Shown in pieces: positions 56,601-62,826 of a DNA stretch of 64,000 bases (positions are counted from its first letter, which is position 1; every line of letters begins with the position of its first letter). The position numbers were made by a program, and so were the translations under genes. This stretch comes from Kiritimatiellia bacterium (GTDB lineage Bacteria; Verrucomicrobiota; Kiritimatiellia; RFP12; JBMNHG01): positions 568,654 to 632,653 of the forward strand of contig JBMNHG010000002.1 in the NCBI GenBank assembly GCA_050950285.1, written 5' to 3'. The notes beneath the pieces were generated by a model, which did not search any database, had not been told where the DNA came from, and was given only the letters and a program-made list of their open reading frames with translations.

Positions 56601-56838
56601 CGCCCGCCTGGACGACGACGCGCACCTTGCCTAAATCGTTGGCACCCGAAAGCGTGAAGGGCCCCGCGTTCGTGAGCGTGATGTGGGGCGCGTAGTACTT
56701 CCAGCCCGCGCCGCCCGAGCCGACGGCATCGTCGAGAGGTTCGCCGTTGATCGTCACCCCGGTCGGGGCGGCGAGGGCCGTTGCTGCAAAGGCGATGGAC
56801 ATCGCGGCGAGGATTCTGCTCCAGGTGTGTTTCTTCAT
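44689..56838 (-). CDS. giant 4049-aa secreted surface protein: 4 Gly-rich beta-helix modules + 6 capped Cys-LRR (BspA/TpLRR-like) cassettes + conserved C-terminal domain
   Basis: Signal peptide MKKHTWSRILAA and RBS AAGGAAG. GAGIGGG modules at about 51760-56760. 26-aa repeats APELPATTLAxxCYxxMFxxCTxLTx at about 44970-51750. Ends ...CRFFKVV. Confidence 0.9.
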   Translation of the reverse strand: MKKHTWSRILAAMSIAFAATALAAPTGVTINGEPLDDAVGSGGAGWKYYAPHITLTNAGPFTLSGANDLGKVRVVVQAGVTCDVTLSDLTLEATDEDQCAFALGTGANVSLSLAGESFLQSGSNRAGLEVPAGASLSITNAPGDDAGALTATGGDCAAGIGGGEGGSGGTVAISGGTVTATGTWGGAGIGGGDYGTGGTVAISGGIVFAQGDYGAGIGGGYNGDGGTVNISGGTVFAQGNRGGQDIGKGANGTDAGANTFTGGSIRLAAGRVSLQPSNNTEQVFCVMVSDFEPGERVEFTDPGTLPDYYGTDDIYADNDGIIYLWLPNGTYAFTANGRECTVTIKDGVGATGVTVNGEEAAFGPADPSAGWSFNAATRTVSLTGAGPFTLSGANTMGDVCFAVPDNIANMVTVTLSNLTLRAPADGQCAFALGQNANVSLLLAGANALASGSGRAGIEVATGRTLSITNAPGDDAGSLTATGGDSGAGIGGGNGGNGGTITISGGTVAATGGECAAGIGGGENGNGGTVAISGGTVTATGTYGGAGIGGGDYGTGATVAISGGIVFAQGDYGAGIGGGYEGDGGTVNISGGTVFAQGNLGGQDIGKGVNGTDAGANTFTGGSICLVGSSVGPDPTNGSVPVFCAVVSGFEPRALVEITGLAYGVHDIFADESGCIYLWLPNGTYTFTANGRECTVTIQGGVGPTGVTVNGQDVAFGPGPGWVYDGTARTLTISGAGPFLLSGTNTISGVRVVVPEDVTNTVTLSNLKLRATGDGQCAFALETDANVSLFLAGTNTLASGYRRAGLEVAAGRTLSITNAPGDDAGALTVTGGRGAAGIGGGYDGIGGTVTVNGGAVTAAGGYAGAGIGGGYNYSNIPNADTDSGGTVTVNGGAVTATGGYAGAGIGGGAFGGGGTVTVNGGVVTATGGVGGAGIGGGYNANGRTVTVNDGALTATGGHGGAGIGGGYNYNDIPNAETNSGGTVTINGGTVSAIGGRYAAGIGSGNYGGGGTVNISDGTVTATGGFDGAGIGGGYDGQGCTVTITGGGVSATGGDYAAGIGGGIVYDSTSSTAGWGGTVAISGGRVMATGGRYAAGIGGGSGWTVEGGDGADLTVSGGTVFATGGADGGPGIGGGVDNADGGGTTPNVSGTSTFTGGSIRILGGYAADDPTDDSQRVWCVTVTNLTPNAAVAVEALGAYGVNDLYADEAGQLYFWLPNNFYDFTAGGADYEATVSDADTTATQTSAPPAPVSVGVTVNGVELYDTGSNGEGWTYVMPTLTLAEAGPFTISGTNTEGQVQVVIPAGVTNEVTLSNLTLLAMGENQCAFALETNACVSLLLAGTNEFASGRNRAGLEVAAGRTLSITNAPGDDAGALTATSEDSGAGIGGGADSGGGTVIISGGIVTATGGEYFAAGIGGGMSGAGGTVSISGGTVTANGGNLGAGIGSGGYAGVTSGGAGGTVSISGGTVIATGGDWSAGIGGGDGDAGGTVEITGGTVTATGGQYGAGIGGGNNDQNDDGIAGSGGTVTISGGRVSATGGKCAAGIGGGTGQQVAGSEGATLTVSGGTVFATGGTGGAPGIGPGLGNVMYGDVGDLPDPSGTSTFTGGSIRIDGVYAANDPTDADLKRVWCVTVTNLTPNAAIAVGSLGAYGVNDLFADEAGKLYLWLPNAYYHFTADSAGYEATVSDADTTATPKTTPPPAPRAYITFSSSDTFKVKPGAKTWNGTLECSTNATDWVEFTTAGADAALDDASGEYRLYICGTNNTVITGTKEAESWTITAADGAVTCSGDIETLLDYTVVLAGGHPPMADWCFANLFRYCKALNSAPELPATNLTTGCYFYMFGGCTGLTETPELPSMNLAERCYQYMFSGCTGLTNAPALPATTLARSCYSLMFNGCSGLTQAPDLQATTLANYCCQYMFANCQGLKQAPALPATTLAPNCYQYMFSNCSGLTNAPALPATTLANYCYASMFNGCTGLTRLPELPATQLANYCYQYMFNGCTGVTLYENGTDPTWGIPDAQTATGWNNGMLANTGGDFTGNPVPGDIYYYTPPTPPSTAYLTFASTNAFTVTPLSPSWNGALECSTDAANWTAFTDAGAAAADNGAGEFRLHVRGTNNTQITDGYATSAWRINAPTGTVACSGNIETLLDYPTVEAGEHPAMANKCFSRLFNGCTALSRAPELPSTNLTVECYRAMFQGCTGLTEAPELPATTLAEGCYDLMFYDCAGLLEAPELPATNLAEKCYYAMFSGCTALTNAPALPAATLAKNGYSYLFNDCTSLTDAPALPATTLAPNCYQYMFAGCTALTNAPALPAATLADRCYGSMFKNCTGLTQAPALQATTLAAWCYGSMFSGCTGLTQAPALSATTLAQGCYGSMFHGCTGLTNAPALSATALADWCYGSMFQGCTGLTRLPELPATTLAFGCYGSMFKDCTGITLHETGTAPTWGIPDAQAATGWNADMLDGTGGTFTGDPEVGKTYFYTPPTPPSTAYLTFSSADTFTITPSAVSWNGDLFYSTNTTDWIAFDRDGATAALDSGSGEYRLYFRGSSNTLISGGNLAYWVINAAPATVVCSGNIETLLDYATVDGGGHPAMAANCFANLFRDCTALASAPELAATNLANNCYVGMFRGCTGLTNAPVLPATTLAGGCYQEMFRDCTSLAQAPALPATTLPSSCYKGMFTNCTALATAPELPATTLGATCYQYMFAGCTSLTNAPALQATTLVPGCYHSMFRGCTSLTQLPELPATTLAAFCYAFMFTDCTGITLHETGTAPTWGIPDVQTATGWNTNMLASTGGTFTDDPEIGKTYFYTPPTPPSTAYLTFASTNAFTVTPLSPSWNGALECSTDAANWTAFTDAGAAAADNGAGEFRLHVRGTNNTQISDGYVTSAWIINAPTGTVACSGNIETLLDYATVDNGEHPAMAARCFSRLFSGCTALSRAPELPATTLADSCYRSMFQGCVGLTEAPELPATTLADSCYRGMFRDCTGLTAAPELSATTLAVDCYGLMFYDCTGLREAPELPATTLAESCYGSMFRGCTALTNAPALSATTLAKWCYYAMFQGCTSLTEAPELSAATLATGCYSIMFSGCTGLTETPELPAMTLANYCYESMFRDCTSLTRLPTLPGTNLTASCYRHMFAGCSDIKVYSAGSGMEWSIPAEAIAVADDWNELMLDGTGGTFTDNPVIGATYYYTPATPPVSTAYLTFASTNTFNITPLAWFWDGGLEYSTDAAEWHELTTTGADAALGGFGDYRLHIRGTNNTCVGSFMFGWDLDATAPVACSGNIETLLDYPTVEGGAHPAMGADCFGNLFKDWTWLVSAPALPATTLTNRCYASMFEGCTSLESAPALPAATLAEECYRDMFRGCTALTEAPGLPAGTLFPYCYDGMFKDCTSLTTAPALAATDLAGYCCRYMFEGCTALTNAPVLAAETLASHCYFGMFKDCTALAQTPELPATNLASYCCYQMFAGCTNLTQAPALPAGTLAGHCYDSMFKGCTGLAQTPALAATNLATHCYANMFEGCTALTRLPELPATVLDYGCYGAMFKDCTGIALHAEGLAPTWGIPDGAQEETGWNTDMLLGTGGTFTGDPEIGALYYYNQTPVPPFSETYLTFASRNAFTITPQTNSWDGALYCSTDATNWVDFTTAGAVAGNASGEYRLYLCGTGNSRITGSAQLGWTIAAAGTVACVGNIETLLDYVTVDNGGHPAMAGYCFASLFQDCTALVSAPVLPSTNLTAGCYHSLFKGCTGLAAAPVLPAAALADYGYQSMFEGCTALAQAPALPATALADFCYGSMFQDCTALTQAPSLPAAALAMGCYSSMFRGCTALASAPALNATTLADYCCQNMFRDCTVLSAAPALPATVLAEGCYQHMFRGCTGLSRPPALPATTLAEGCYRSMFYGCTGIRLNIEGPGTPWGIPEGADATGLYVWNTSMFSGTSGTFTGKPKIGTLYYLDTAIPPEPEKPIFDPDGSALVISGDTLDITIVNARSGAWYTLCWADALDGDWTVVRKVRAVKDGILVFEDIDASAPCRFFKVVASSEEPPM
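44970..51750 (-). repeat. 78-bp (26-aa) intragenic LRR repeats in six cassettes
   Basis: GAACAT (MF codons) recurs every 78 bp, e.g. 45130 and 45208. About 53 repeats counted by eye as 8/11/7/9/10/8. Confidence 0.9.
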
Positions 56839-56858
56839 GACGGGCTTCCTTGGTTAAA

Positions 56859-58875
56859 CCGAAGTTCCAGCGGCTTTTTCATGCCCGAAACGGCCATATT
56901 TTCTTGATTTAGCGGCATTCCGGCACCCCTAAGGCAGCAAAATCCGTTCCATTTGCGCCCATGTAATTGTTAATAACTTTTTTGACGAAACACCATTTTT
57001 ACGCTTGCATGAGACTGAAAGGTCTGCTAAATTGAGCCCATGTACATTGACATCGTGCCGAACCGCAAATCCCCGCCCGCAATCCTGCTGCGCGAGAGCT
57101 GCCGCGAGGGCGGGCGCACCGTCAAGCGCACGCTTGCCAACCTGTCGATGCTGCCGCCCGAGGCGGTGGCGGCGCTGCGCGCCGCGCTCAAGGGCGAACA
57201 TCTTGTGGAGGCCGACAGCCTTTTCGAGATCGAGCGATCCCTGCCATGCGGCCACGTCAGGGCCGTCCGCACGGCAATGAGCCGGCTCGGCATGCGGGAT
57301 CTGGTGTCGTCCAAGCCCTGCCCGGAGCGCGACATCGTGCTGGCGATGATAGCCCAGCGCATAATAGAGCCGGGCTCGAAGCTGGAGACGGTCTCCCTGT
57401 TCGGGGACTCCACGCTCGCGCAGGAGTTCGGCGTGCAGGACGTGGACGAGAACGACCTGTATGCGGCGATGGACTGGCTCGCGGCCCGCCAGCCCTTCAT
57501 CGAGCGCAAGCTGGCCGGGCGGCACCTTGCCGAGGGGGCGACAGTCCTGTACGACGTATCGAGCAGCTCCTACTACGGCAAGCAATGCCCCCTGGCAAAG
57601 CGCGGATACAACCGCGACGGCCTCAAGCTGCCCGGCATCGTCTACGGGCTTATGACCGATACCGACGGCAGGCCGGTCGCGGTGCGGGTGTATCCCGGCG
57701 ACACCGCCGACCCGGTGACGGTGCCGGACCAGATCGACCGGCTGCGCGGGGGCTTCGGCATAGCGCGGTTCGTCTTCGTGGGTGACCGCGGCATGCTGAC
57801 GAACACGCAGATCGACCGCCTGCGGAAGCAGGAGGGCTGCGGCTGGATATCCTGCCTGCGAAGCTCGGACATCCGCAGGCTGCTGGAGACACGCGATCCC
57901 TCCGGTGCGCCGCTGTTCACGCAGGGCAACCTGGCCGAGATCATCCATCCCGACTTCCCCGGCGAACGGCTGGTGGCCTGCTACAACCCGCTGCTGGCGA
58001 TGGACCGCGCCCGCATGCGCGGCGAGCTGCTGGAGTCCACCGAGAAGGATCTCGTCAAGCTGCGCGACCATGTGGGGCGCCGGAGGAGGAAACCCCTGAC
58101 GGCAGCCGAGATCGGCGTCAGGGCGGGACGCGTGATCAACCGCTACAAGGTCGCCAAGCACTTCAGGCTGGACATCGCCGACAACCACTTCGGCTGGGAG
58201 CGCGACACGGAATCCATCGCCCGCGAGGCCGCCCTGGACGGCATCTACGTCGTGCGCACCAGCGAGACGCCCGAGTCGCTTTCCGCAGAGGACGCGGTGC
58301 GCGCCTACAAGAGCCTGGGCGACGTCGAGCAGGCCTTCAGGACCTTCAAGGGAGTCGATCTGCTCATCCGCCCGATCTACCACCGCCTGGAGGACCGCGT
58401 GCGCGCGCACGTGCTGCTGTGCATGCTCGCCTATTACGTGGAATGGCACATGCGCCAGGCCCTGGCCCCGCTGCTCTACGCCGACGAGGAACTGGAAGCC
58501 GCCCGCGCCAGCCGCGATCCCGTCGCCAAGGCGCAGCCCTCGGAAAACCTCAAGCGCAAGCGCGCCCGGAAACGCACCACTGACGGACTGCGGCTCCGGC
58601 GCTGGGACGGGCTGCTTGGCGCGCTATCGACACAGGTGCGCAACACATGCTGTTTCGGAGAAGGCAGAACCGCCGTGCGCTTTACCCGCGACACGATGCC
58701 GAACGCCTTCCAGGCCAAAGCCTTCCAACTGCTCGAGGCGGACCACGCCTGCTGGCGGAACAACAAGGGCGTTTCCATGTAAGCGGAACGGGAAAATGGT
58801 GCCAGAAAGCGCGTAGAATGCTTGCCTGCAAGGGTTTGCGAATGAGCAGGCTGTTGGAAATCGCTGGAACTTCGG
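56859..58875 (+). mobile_element. complete IS1634-family insertion sequence (2017 bp) with 14-bp perfect TIR and 6-bp target duplication
   Basis: CCGAAGTTCCAGCG (56859-56872) / CGCTGGAACTTCGG (58862-58875). GTTAAA is duplicated at 56853-56858 and 58876-58881. Confidence 0.92.
57040..58782 (+). CDS. IS1634 family DDE transposase
   Basis: LLRES.REGG.TVKRTLANLS, LYDVSSSYY, GYNRDG, VGDRGM, YK.L..VEQAFR..K...IRPIYH..EDRVRAHV.LCMLAY. Confidence 0.93.
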   Translation: MYIDIVPNRKSPPAILLRESCREGGRTVKRTLANLSMLPPEAVAALRAALKGEHLVEADSLFEIERSLPCGHVRAVRTAMSRLGMRDLVSSKPCPERDIVLAMIAQRIIEPGSKLETVSLFGDSTLAQEFGVQDVDENDLYAAMDWLAARQPFIERKLAGRHLAEGATVLYDVSSSSYYGKQCPLAKRGYNRDGLKLPGIVYGLMTDTDGRPVAVRVYPGDTADPVTVPDQIDRLRGGFGIARFVFVGDRGMLTNTQIDRLRKQEGCGWISCLRSSDIRRLLETRDPSGAPLFTQGNLAEIIHPDFPGERLVACYNPLLAMDRARMRGELLESTEKDLVKLRDHVGRRRRKPLTAAEIGVRAGRVINRYKVAKHFRLDIADNHFGWERDTESIAREAALDGIYVVRTSETPESLSAEDAVRAYKSLGDVEQAFRTFKGVDLLIRPIYHRLEDRVRAHVLLCMLAYYVEWHMRQALAPLLYADEELEAARASRDPVAKAQPSENLKRKRARKRTTDGLRLRRWDGLLGALSTQVRNTCCFGEGRTAVRFTRDTMPNAFQAKAFQLLEADHACWRNNKGVSM

Positions 58876-58906
58876 GTTAAAGGGCGAAGGGCGAAAGGGG
58901 AAAGGA

Positions 58907-58963
58907 AACAAGGGACGCGGGGCAAGAAGACATGCTCATGACTCTTGTCCCGCGTCCCTTGTC
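58907..58963. repeat. long heptamer-built hairpin
   Basis: ACAAGGGACGCGGGGCAAGA...TCTTGTCCCGCGTCCCTTGT, about 20-bp arms. Related to the hairpins at 28262 and 44611. Confidence 0.7.
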
Positions 58964-59238
58964 CTGATCCTTGGTGAAGGCGCGACACGCCGCGCGCCAG
59001 CGCGAAGACGTGAAGACGCAACGAGCGGAGAAGGCCAAATGCGGTTCCGGGTAGTTCTTCGTGGTGTTTTTCATGACGGGCTTTCGATTGAAAGCGGCAT
59101 GCATGGAAACGCGCGCGATGGAAATGGGTATAACGTACGGGAATCAGAGGGTACAAACAAGGATTTTCTTTTGCGATCGGGTGTTCGGGCGTTCGCCAGC
59201 GGATCGGACCAACCATCACCCATCAACCACCCGCCACC

Positions 59239-60693
59239 CTACTCTTCTCTCCGGCTGTCCCCGCCGCCTTTGTCGCGGTGCCAGAGGCGTCCCCACCAGC
59301 CCCGGCGCGGTGGCTCCCCGGACTCTTCCTCCATCCCGCTCCCCGGCGCTTCGGCGGGAGCCGCGCGCGGCGGCTCCTGCCAGATGCGGGCAGGCCGGCG
59401 GGGCGCCTCGTCCGCCGTCGAAAGCATCCGCGACTGCTGCAGCCGGTGCGATTCGCGGACGGCGGCCTGCTCCGGCGTAAGCAGCGGCACGGTCAGGGTC
59501 AGGCCCTGGGGATAGGCGCTTCCGGGCCGCAGCTCGAAGATCGGGCGGATGACCTTCTCCACGGCAAAGCCATCCTTGTAGACGGCGCAGGTCAGCTTGA
59601 CGGAGAGCCCCCCGTTCTCCAGGAGATCCCACCGCACGAGGCCGACGGGGACCCAGAGCCGCCAGTCCTTGTGGAGATAGTTCCCAACGGCATCCTCCAT
59701 GCTCTCCTGGGCCATGCCGACCGTGAGCGTCATCGGCGTCTTGCCGAATTCCTCGCCCAGGGTACCGTCGTTGTTCAGGATGTAGACCGAGGCGTCCGAC
59801 GGGAGCGAATCCAGGCTCAACGTGAACTGGGCTTCCGGCTGGACGGGGAGGAGCATCTGGAGCTCGACCGTCTGTTGAGGCGGCGGCCCATCCCCGCAGT
59901 TGCAGATGCGGCGGCGCACCCGTTGCGGGGCATAGCCCGCGCGCTCGAGGAGGGCGTTCAGGAAGAGATCCCCGTTCGGGGCGACCTGCCAGAGTTCCGG
60001 ATGCTTGTCGGCCCAGACCCGCCAGCCCACGATCCTGCCGTTCGCGGCGCGCTCGGGCGCGAAGCCGATCCGGCACGCAAGCGGCGTCGTGCCGACGGGA
60101 TCGCCCGCCGCCCCCGTCGCATCCACCGGGCGAATCCCGGCCGTGCCCGTGGCGCAATCGATCGTGACGACCGTCGCGCCGTGCTCGGATGTGGGCTTCT
60201 TGAAGACGACGGTCTTCTCGTAGCGCCGGGCGACCGGCGCCGATTTCCAGCCGGAGACGCGCTGCTTCAGGCTGGCGGGCAAGATCCAGGAGGCGGTGGC
60301 GCGCTCCTCTTCGTAGCCCTCTTTCCGCAGGCTCAGATCCGGTGTCCTCAAGGTGATGAATTCCCGGTTGCGTCCGAAGATCAGGGGGGAGTCCTTGGGG
60401 AGATAGCATCGCCAGTCGCCCCTCCCGAACAAGGCGTCGAGGCCGCTTCCGCGGTCGCGCTCCAACCGCGCCGCGAGGGTCAGCGGCGTCGTGCCCAGGC
60501 GCACTTCGCCCTCCGCCTTCCGCAAGGCGAAGACCTCGGCGCCTTCGGGATCGGAACGGATGACGAAGGTGAAGTTCTCCCCGCCCTTTTGTTCCGGGGG
60601 CTGCGGGGCCATGCGGAATTCCCGATGGAAAGTCTGGCAGCCGACAAGGCCCAGAAGCGCGAGCAGGACAAAGGGCGCACGAGGCTTTTTCAT
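59239..60693 (-). CDS. lipoprotein with PEGA-like repeats
   Basis: Lipobox LLGLVG-C. Contains IRSDPEGAEVF...LGTTPL, VGTTPL and LDSLPSDASVY...FGKTPM. Confidence 0.75.
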   Translation of the reverse strand: MKKPRAPFVLLALLGLVGCQTFHREFRMAPQPPEQKGGENFTFVIRSDPEGAEVFALRKAEGEVRLGTTPLTLAARLERDRGSGLDALFGRGDWRCYLPKDSPLIFGRNREFITLRTPDLSLRKEGYEEERATASWILPASLKQRVSGWKSAPVARRYEKTVVFKKPTSEHGATVVTIDCATGTAGIRPVDATGAAGDPVGTTPLACRIGFAPERAANGRIVGWRVWADKHPELWQVAPNGDLFLNALLERAGYAPQRVRRRICNCGDGPPPQQTVELQMLLPVQPEAQFTLSLDSLPSDASVYILNNDGTLGEEFGKTPMTLTVGMAQESMEDAVGNYLHKDWRLWVPVGLVRWDLLENGGLSVKLTCAVYKDGFAVEKVIRPIFELRPGSAYPQGLTLTVPLLTPEQAAVRESHRLQQSRMLSTADEAPRRPARIWQEPPRAAPAEAPGSGMEEESGEPPRRGWWGRLWHRDKGGGDSRREE

Positions 60694-60714
60694 GTTTGTC
60701 TTTTCCGATCGTTC

Positions 60715-62823
60715 CTAGAAACGGAACCCTGCCGAGAAGGAGAAGTGGGGCTTCCCCTCCTCGTTCTGCCGATCCCCCTCGAGGGTGCGGATGGGCGTGG
60801 CGAAGTCGAAGCGCACGGGGAACTCCTCCGCCTGGACCAGCAGCCCGACGCCCCAGTTGCCGACCGGCCCTTCGCCCGAATAGGCATAGGATTCCAGGCT
60901 CACATCGCCGACATCGTAGTAGACGGCGAGATCCAGCCAGCGGAGCAGCGGGATCCGGTACTCCGCCGTCGCCCACCAGGCGCTCTGGCCTCCCATGGGG
61001 CGCCCAAGCTCGTCCAGCGGGGAGACGGAACGATACTCGAAGCCCCGCAAGTCGCGGCTTCCGCCCAGAAAATTCCGCAGCGGCAGCGCCACCTCGTCCG
61101 TGCCGCCGTAGGGATCCACGCTCTTCACGCCGCCGCGGAGGCTCAGCACGTGGTGGAAGAAGGGGGAAATGAAGAGAGTGCCGGCGACCTCGGTCTGGAC
61201 GACGTCCGTATCGCCGCCCAGCGCCCGGCTGCCGAGACCGACGGTGCCGCGCAGGCGCGCGCCGCGCGTGGGCCGGATCATGCGGTCGGTGTAGTCCATG
61301 CTCCAGGCGGCGATCCAGGAGGTCAGGAGCAGATCCTGGTTGGCCAGGAACGAGGGCTGGAGGAGCGGCTCGGCGGCCTCCTCCAGGTTGTAGACCTCAT
61401 GCCCGGTCACGGCATAGCCGGTGGAGAGCATGTGATGGCGTCCCAGCGGATGGCTGACCAGCAGGCTGGCGCCATGGCTGCGCTGGTCGTAATAGTCGCT
61501 GATGGCCTCGCTGTCCTCGTAGGAGCCCTGGACATCCAGGCTCCAGCGGCTGTCGAAGAGGCGCGGATTGCAGAATGTGGCGTCGCCCCGGACGACCTTC
61601 TCCCCCAGCGTCATCCCCAGGCCGGCCTGCAGCGCCTCGCCGCGGAACGGCGGCAGCAGCGACAGGTTCTTCTCGGTGACATTGACCTGGAACGCCGCGC
61701 CCTCCGACTCCCCGTAGACCACCCCCACCTCGGCCCGTCCGGTGCGGCGCTCGGCCACATCGACGCCCAGGTCGAAGAAGGGCTGGTCGGACGCGCCCTG
61801 GCAGGAGACCTCGACCTTGGAAAACATCGGCAGCGCGGAGAGCCGCGCCAGCGTCTCCTGCACGGCCTCCCCGTCAAAGCGCTGGCCCGGCTTCAACGGG
61901 ATCTCGCGCAGGATGATGCGTTCCGCCGTGTTGGTGTTCCCGGAGACCAGGATCCGCCGTAGCACCGGCTGTGTGCCGGGCGTCGCCCGGAAGAGCAGGT
62001 CGATGCGCGCCTGCGCGTCGTCCCACTCCTCGATCGCCTCCACCGAGGGGAAGGCATGGCCCCGGCCCTGGTAATAGGCCTCGAAGCGCCGCACCGCCTC
62101 CTGCACCCGGCGGCGTTCGAAGCGCTCGCCGGCGTTCACCCCGATAATCCGGCGCAGCACGTCGTCGGACGGCAGGTCGGGAGCGTCCAGCCGGATATAC
62201 CCCACCTGGTAGACCGGCCCCTCGTGGAGGATCGGCCAGGTCAGGCGGAAGCCGTCCAGCCCCTCGACCCACTCCAGCACCGGATCCCCGATCTCCGCGG
62301 CGGCATGCCCCTGCCGATGGTAACAGGCGTACAATGCGCTCCGGTCGCCGGCGAGGTCGGCGTCCATCACGGCGTCGGTCCCCAGCCAGCGCGACCAGGG
62401 CGCAGGCTTCGGACGCACGCGCAGGCCGCGCCGCAGGTCGGCCGCGCCGATCGCCCGGCAGCCGCTGAAACGCACCTGCTTCAGCCGGCCCTTGCGGCCC
62501 AGGGTGCTCCGCAGCAGCAAATTCTGCCTGCCGTCATGCAACGGCTCGCGTTGCCACTCCACGCGCGCCTGCGGGTAGTGGCGGCGGCGGCAGGCGTCCC
62601 GGATGCGGCCGGCCGCGGCATCGGCCGCGGCGTCGTCCAGCGGCGTCCCCTCCGGCAGCGCCGCCAGCTCGATGGCCTTGGCGTGCGGGAAGGGCAACGC
62701 GCCTTCGAGGCGGATGCCAGCAAGCGGCTCGCCCGCGAACACCGTCGCGGCCGCGAGCAAAAGGGAAAGGGCTGCCCCCCAAAGAGGGGACAACCCTTTC
62801 GCTCTGGCGTTTCCGCCTGGCAT
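60715..62823 (-). CDS. BamA/Omp85-family outer-membrane assembly protein (short paralogue)
   Basis: POTRA motifs (Y...GH, I.VSGNTNT..RIILRE, V.ERRTG), barrel motif FLGG..LRGFEYRSVSP, C-terminal FSFSAGFRF. 702 aa; start uncertain. Confidence 0.85.
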   Translation of the reverse strand: MPGGNARAKGLSPLWGAALSLLLAAATVFAGEPLAGIRLEGALPFPHAKAIELAALPEGTPLDDAAADAAAGRIRDACRRRHYPQARVEWQREPLHDGRQNLLLRSTLGRKGRLKQVRFSGCRAIGAADLRRGLRVRPKPAPWSRWLGTDAVMDADLAGDRSALYACYHRQGHAAAEIGDPVLEWVEGLDGFRLTWPILHEGPVYQVGYIRLDAPDLPSDDVLRRIIGVNAGERFERRRVQEAVRRFEAYYQGRGHAFPSVEAIEEWDDAQARIDLLFRATPGTQPVLRRILVSGNTNTAERIILREIPLKPGQRFDGEAVQETLARLSALPMFSKVEVSCQGASDQPFFDLGVDVAERRTGRAEVGVVYGESEGAAFQVNVTEKNLSLLPPFRGEALQAGLGMTLGEKVVRGDATFCNPRLFDSRWSLDVQGSYEDSEAISDYYDQRSHGASLLVSHPLGRHHMLSTGYAVTGHEVYNLEEAAEPLLQPSFLANQDLLLTSWIAAWSMDYTDRMIRPTRGARLRGTVGLGSRALGGDTDVVQTEVAGTLFISPFFHHVLSLRGGVKSVDPYGGTDEVALPLRNFLGGSRDLRGFEYRSVSPLDELGRPMGGQSAWWATAEYRIPLLRWLDLAVYYDVGDVSLESYAYSGEGPVGNWGVGLLVQAEEFPVRFDFATPIRTLEGDRQNEEGKPHFSFSAGFRF

Positions 62824-62826
62824 GGC

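Noticed and set aside
56859..58875. IS1634 as the mobiliser of the miniature elements
   Set aside because: Its TIR (CCGAAGTTCCAGCG) shares no similarity with either miniature element's ends.
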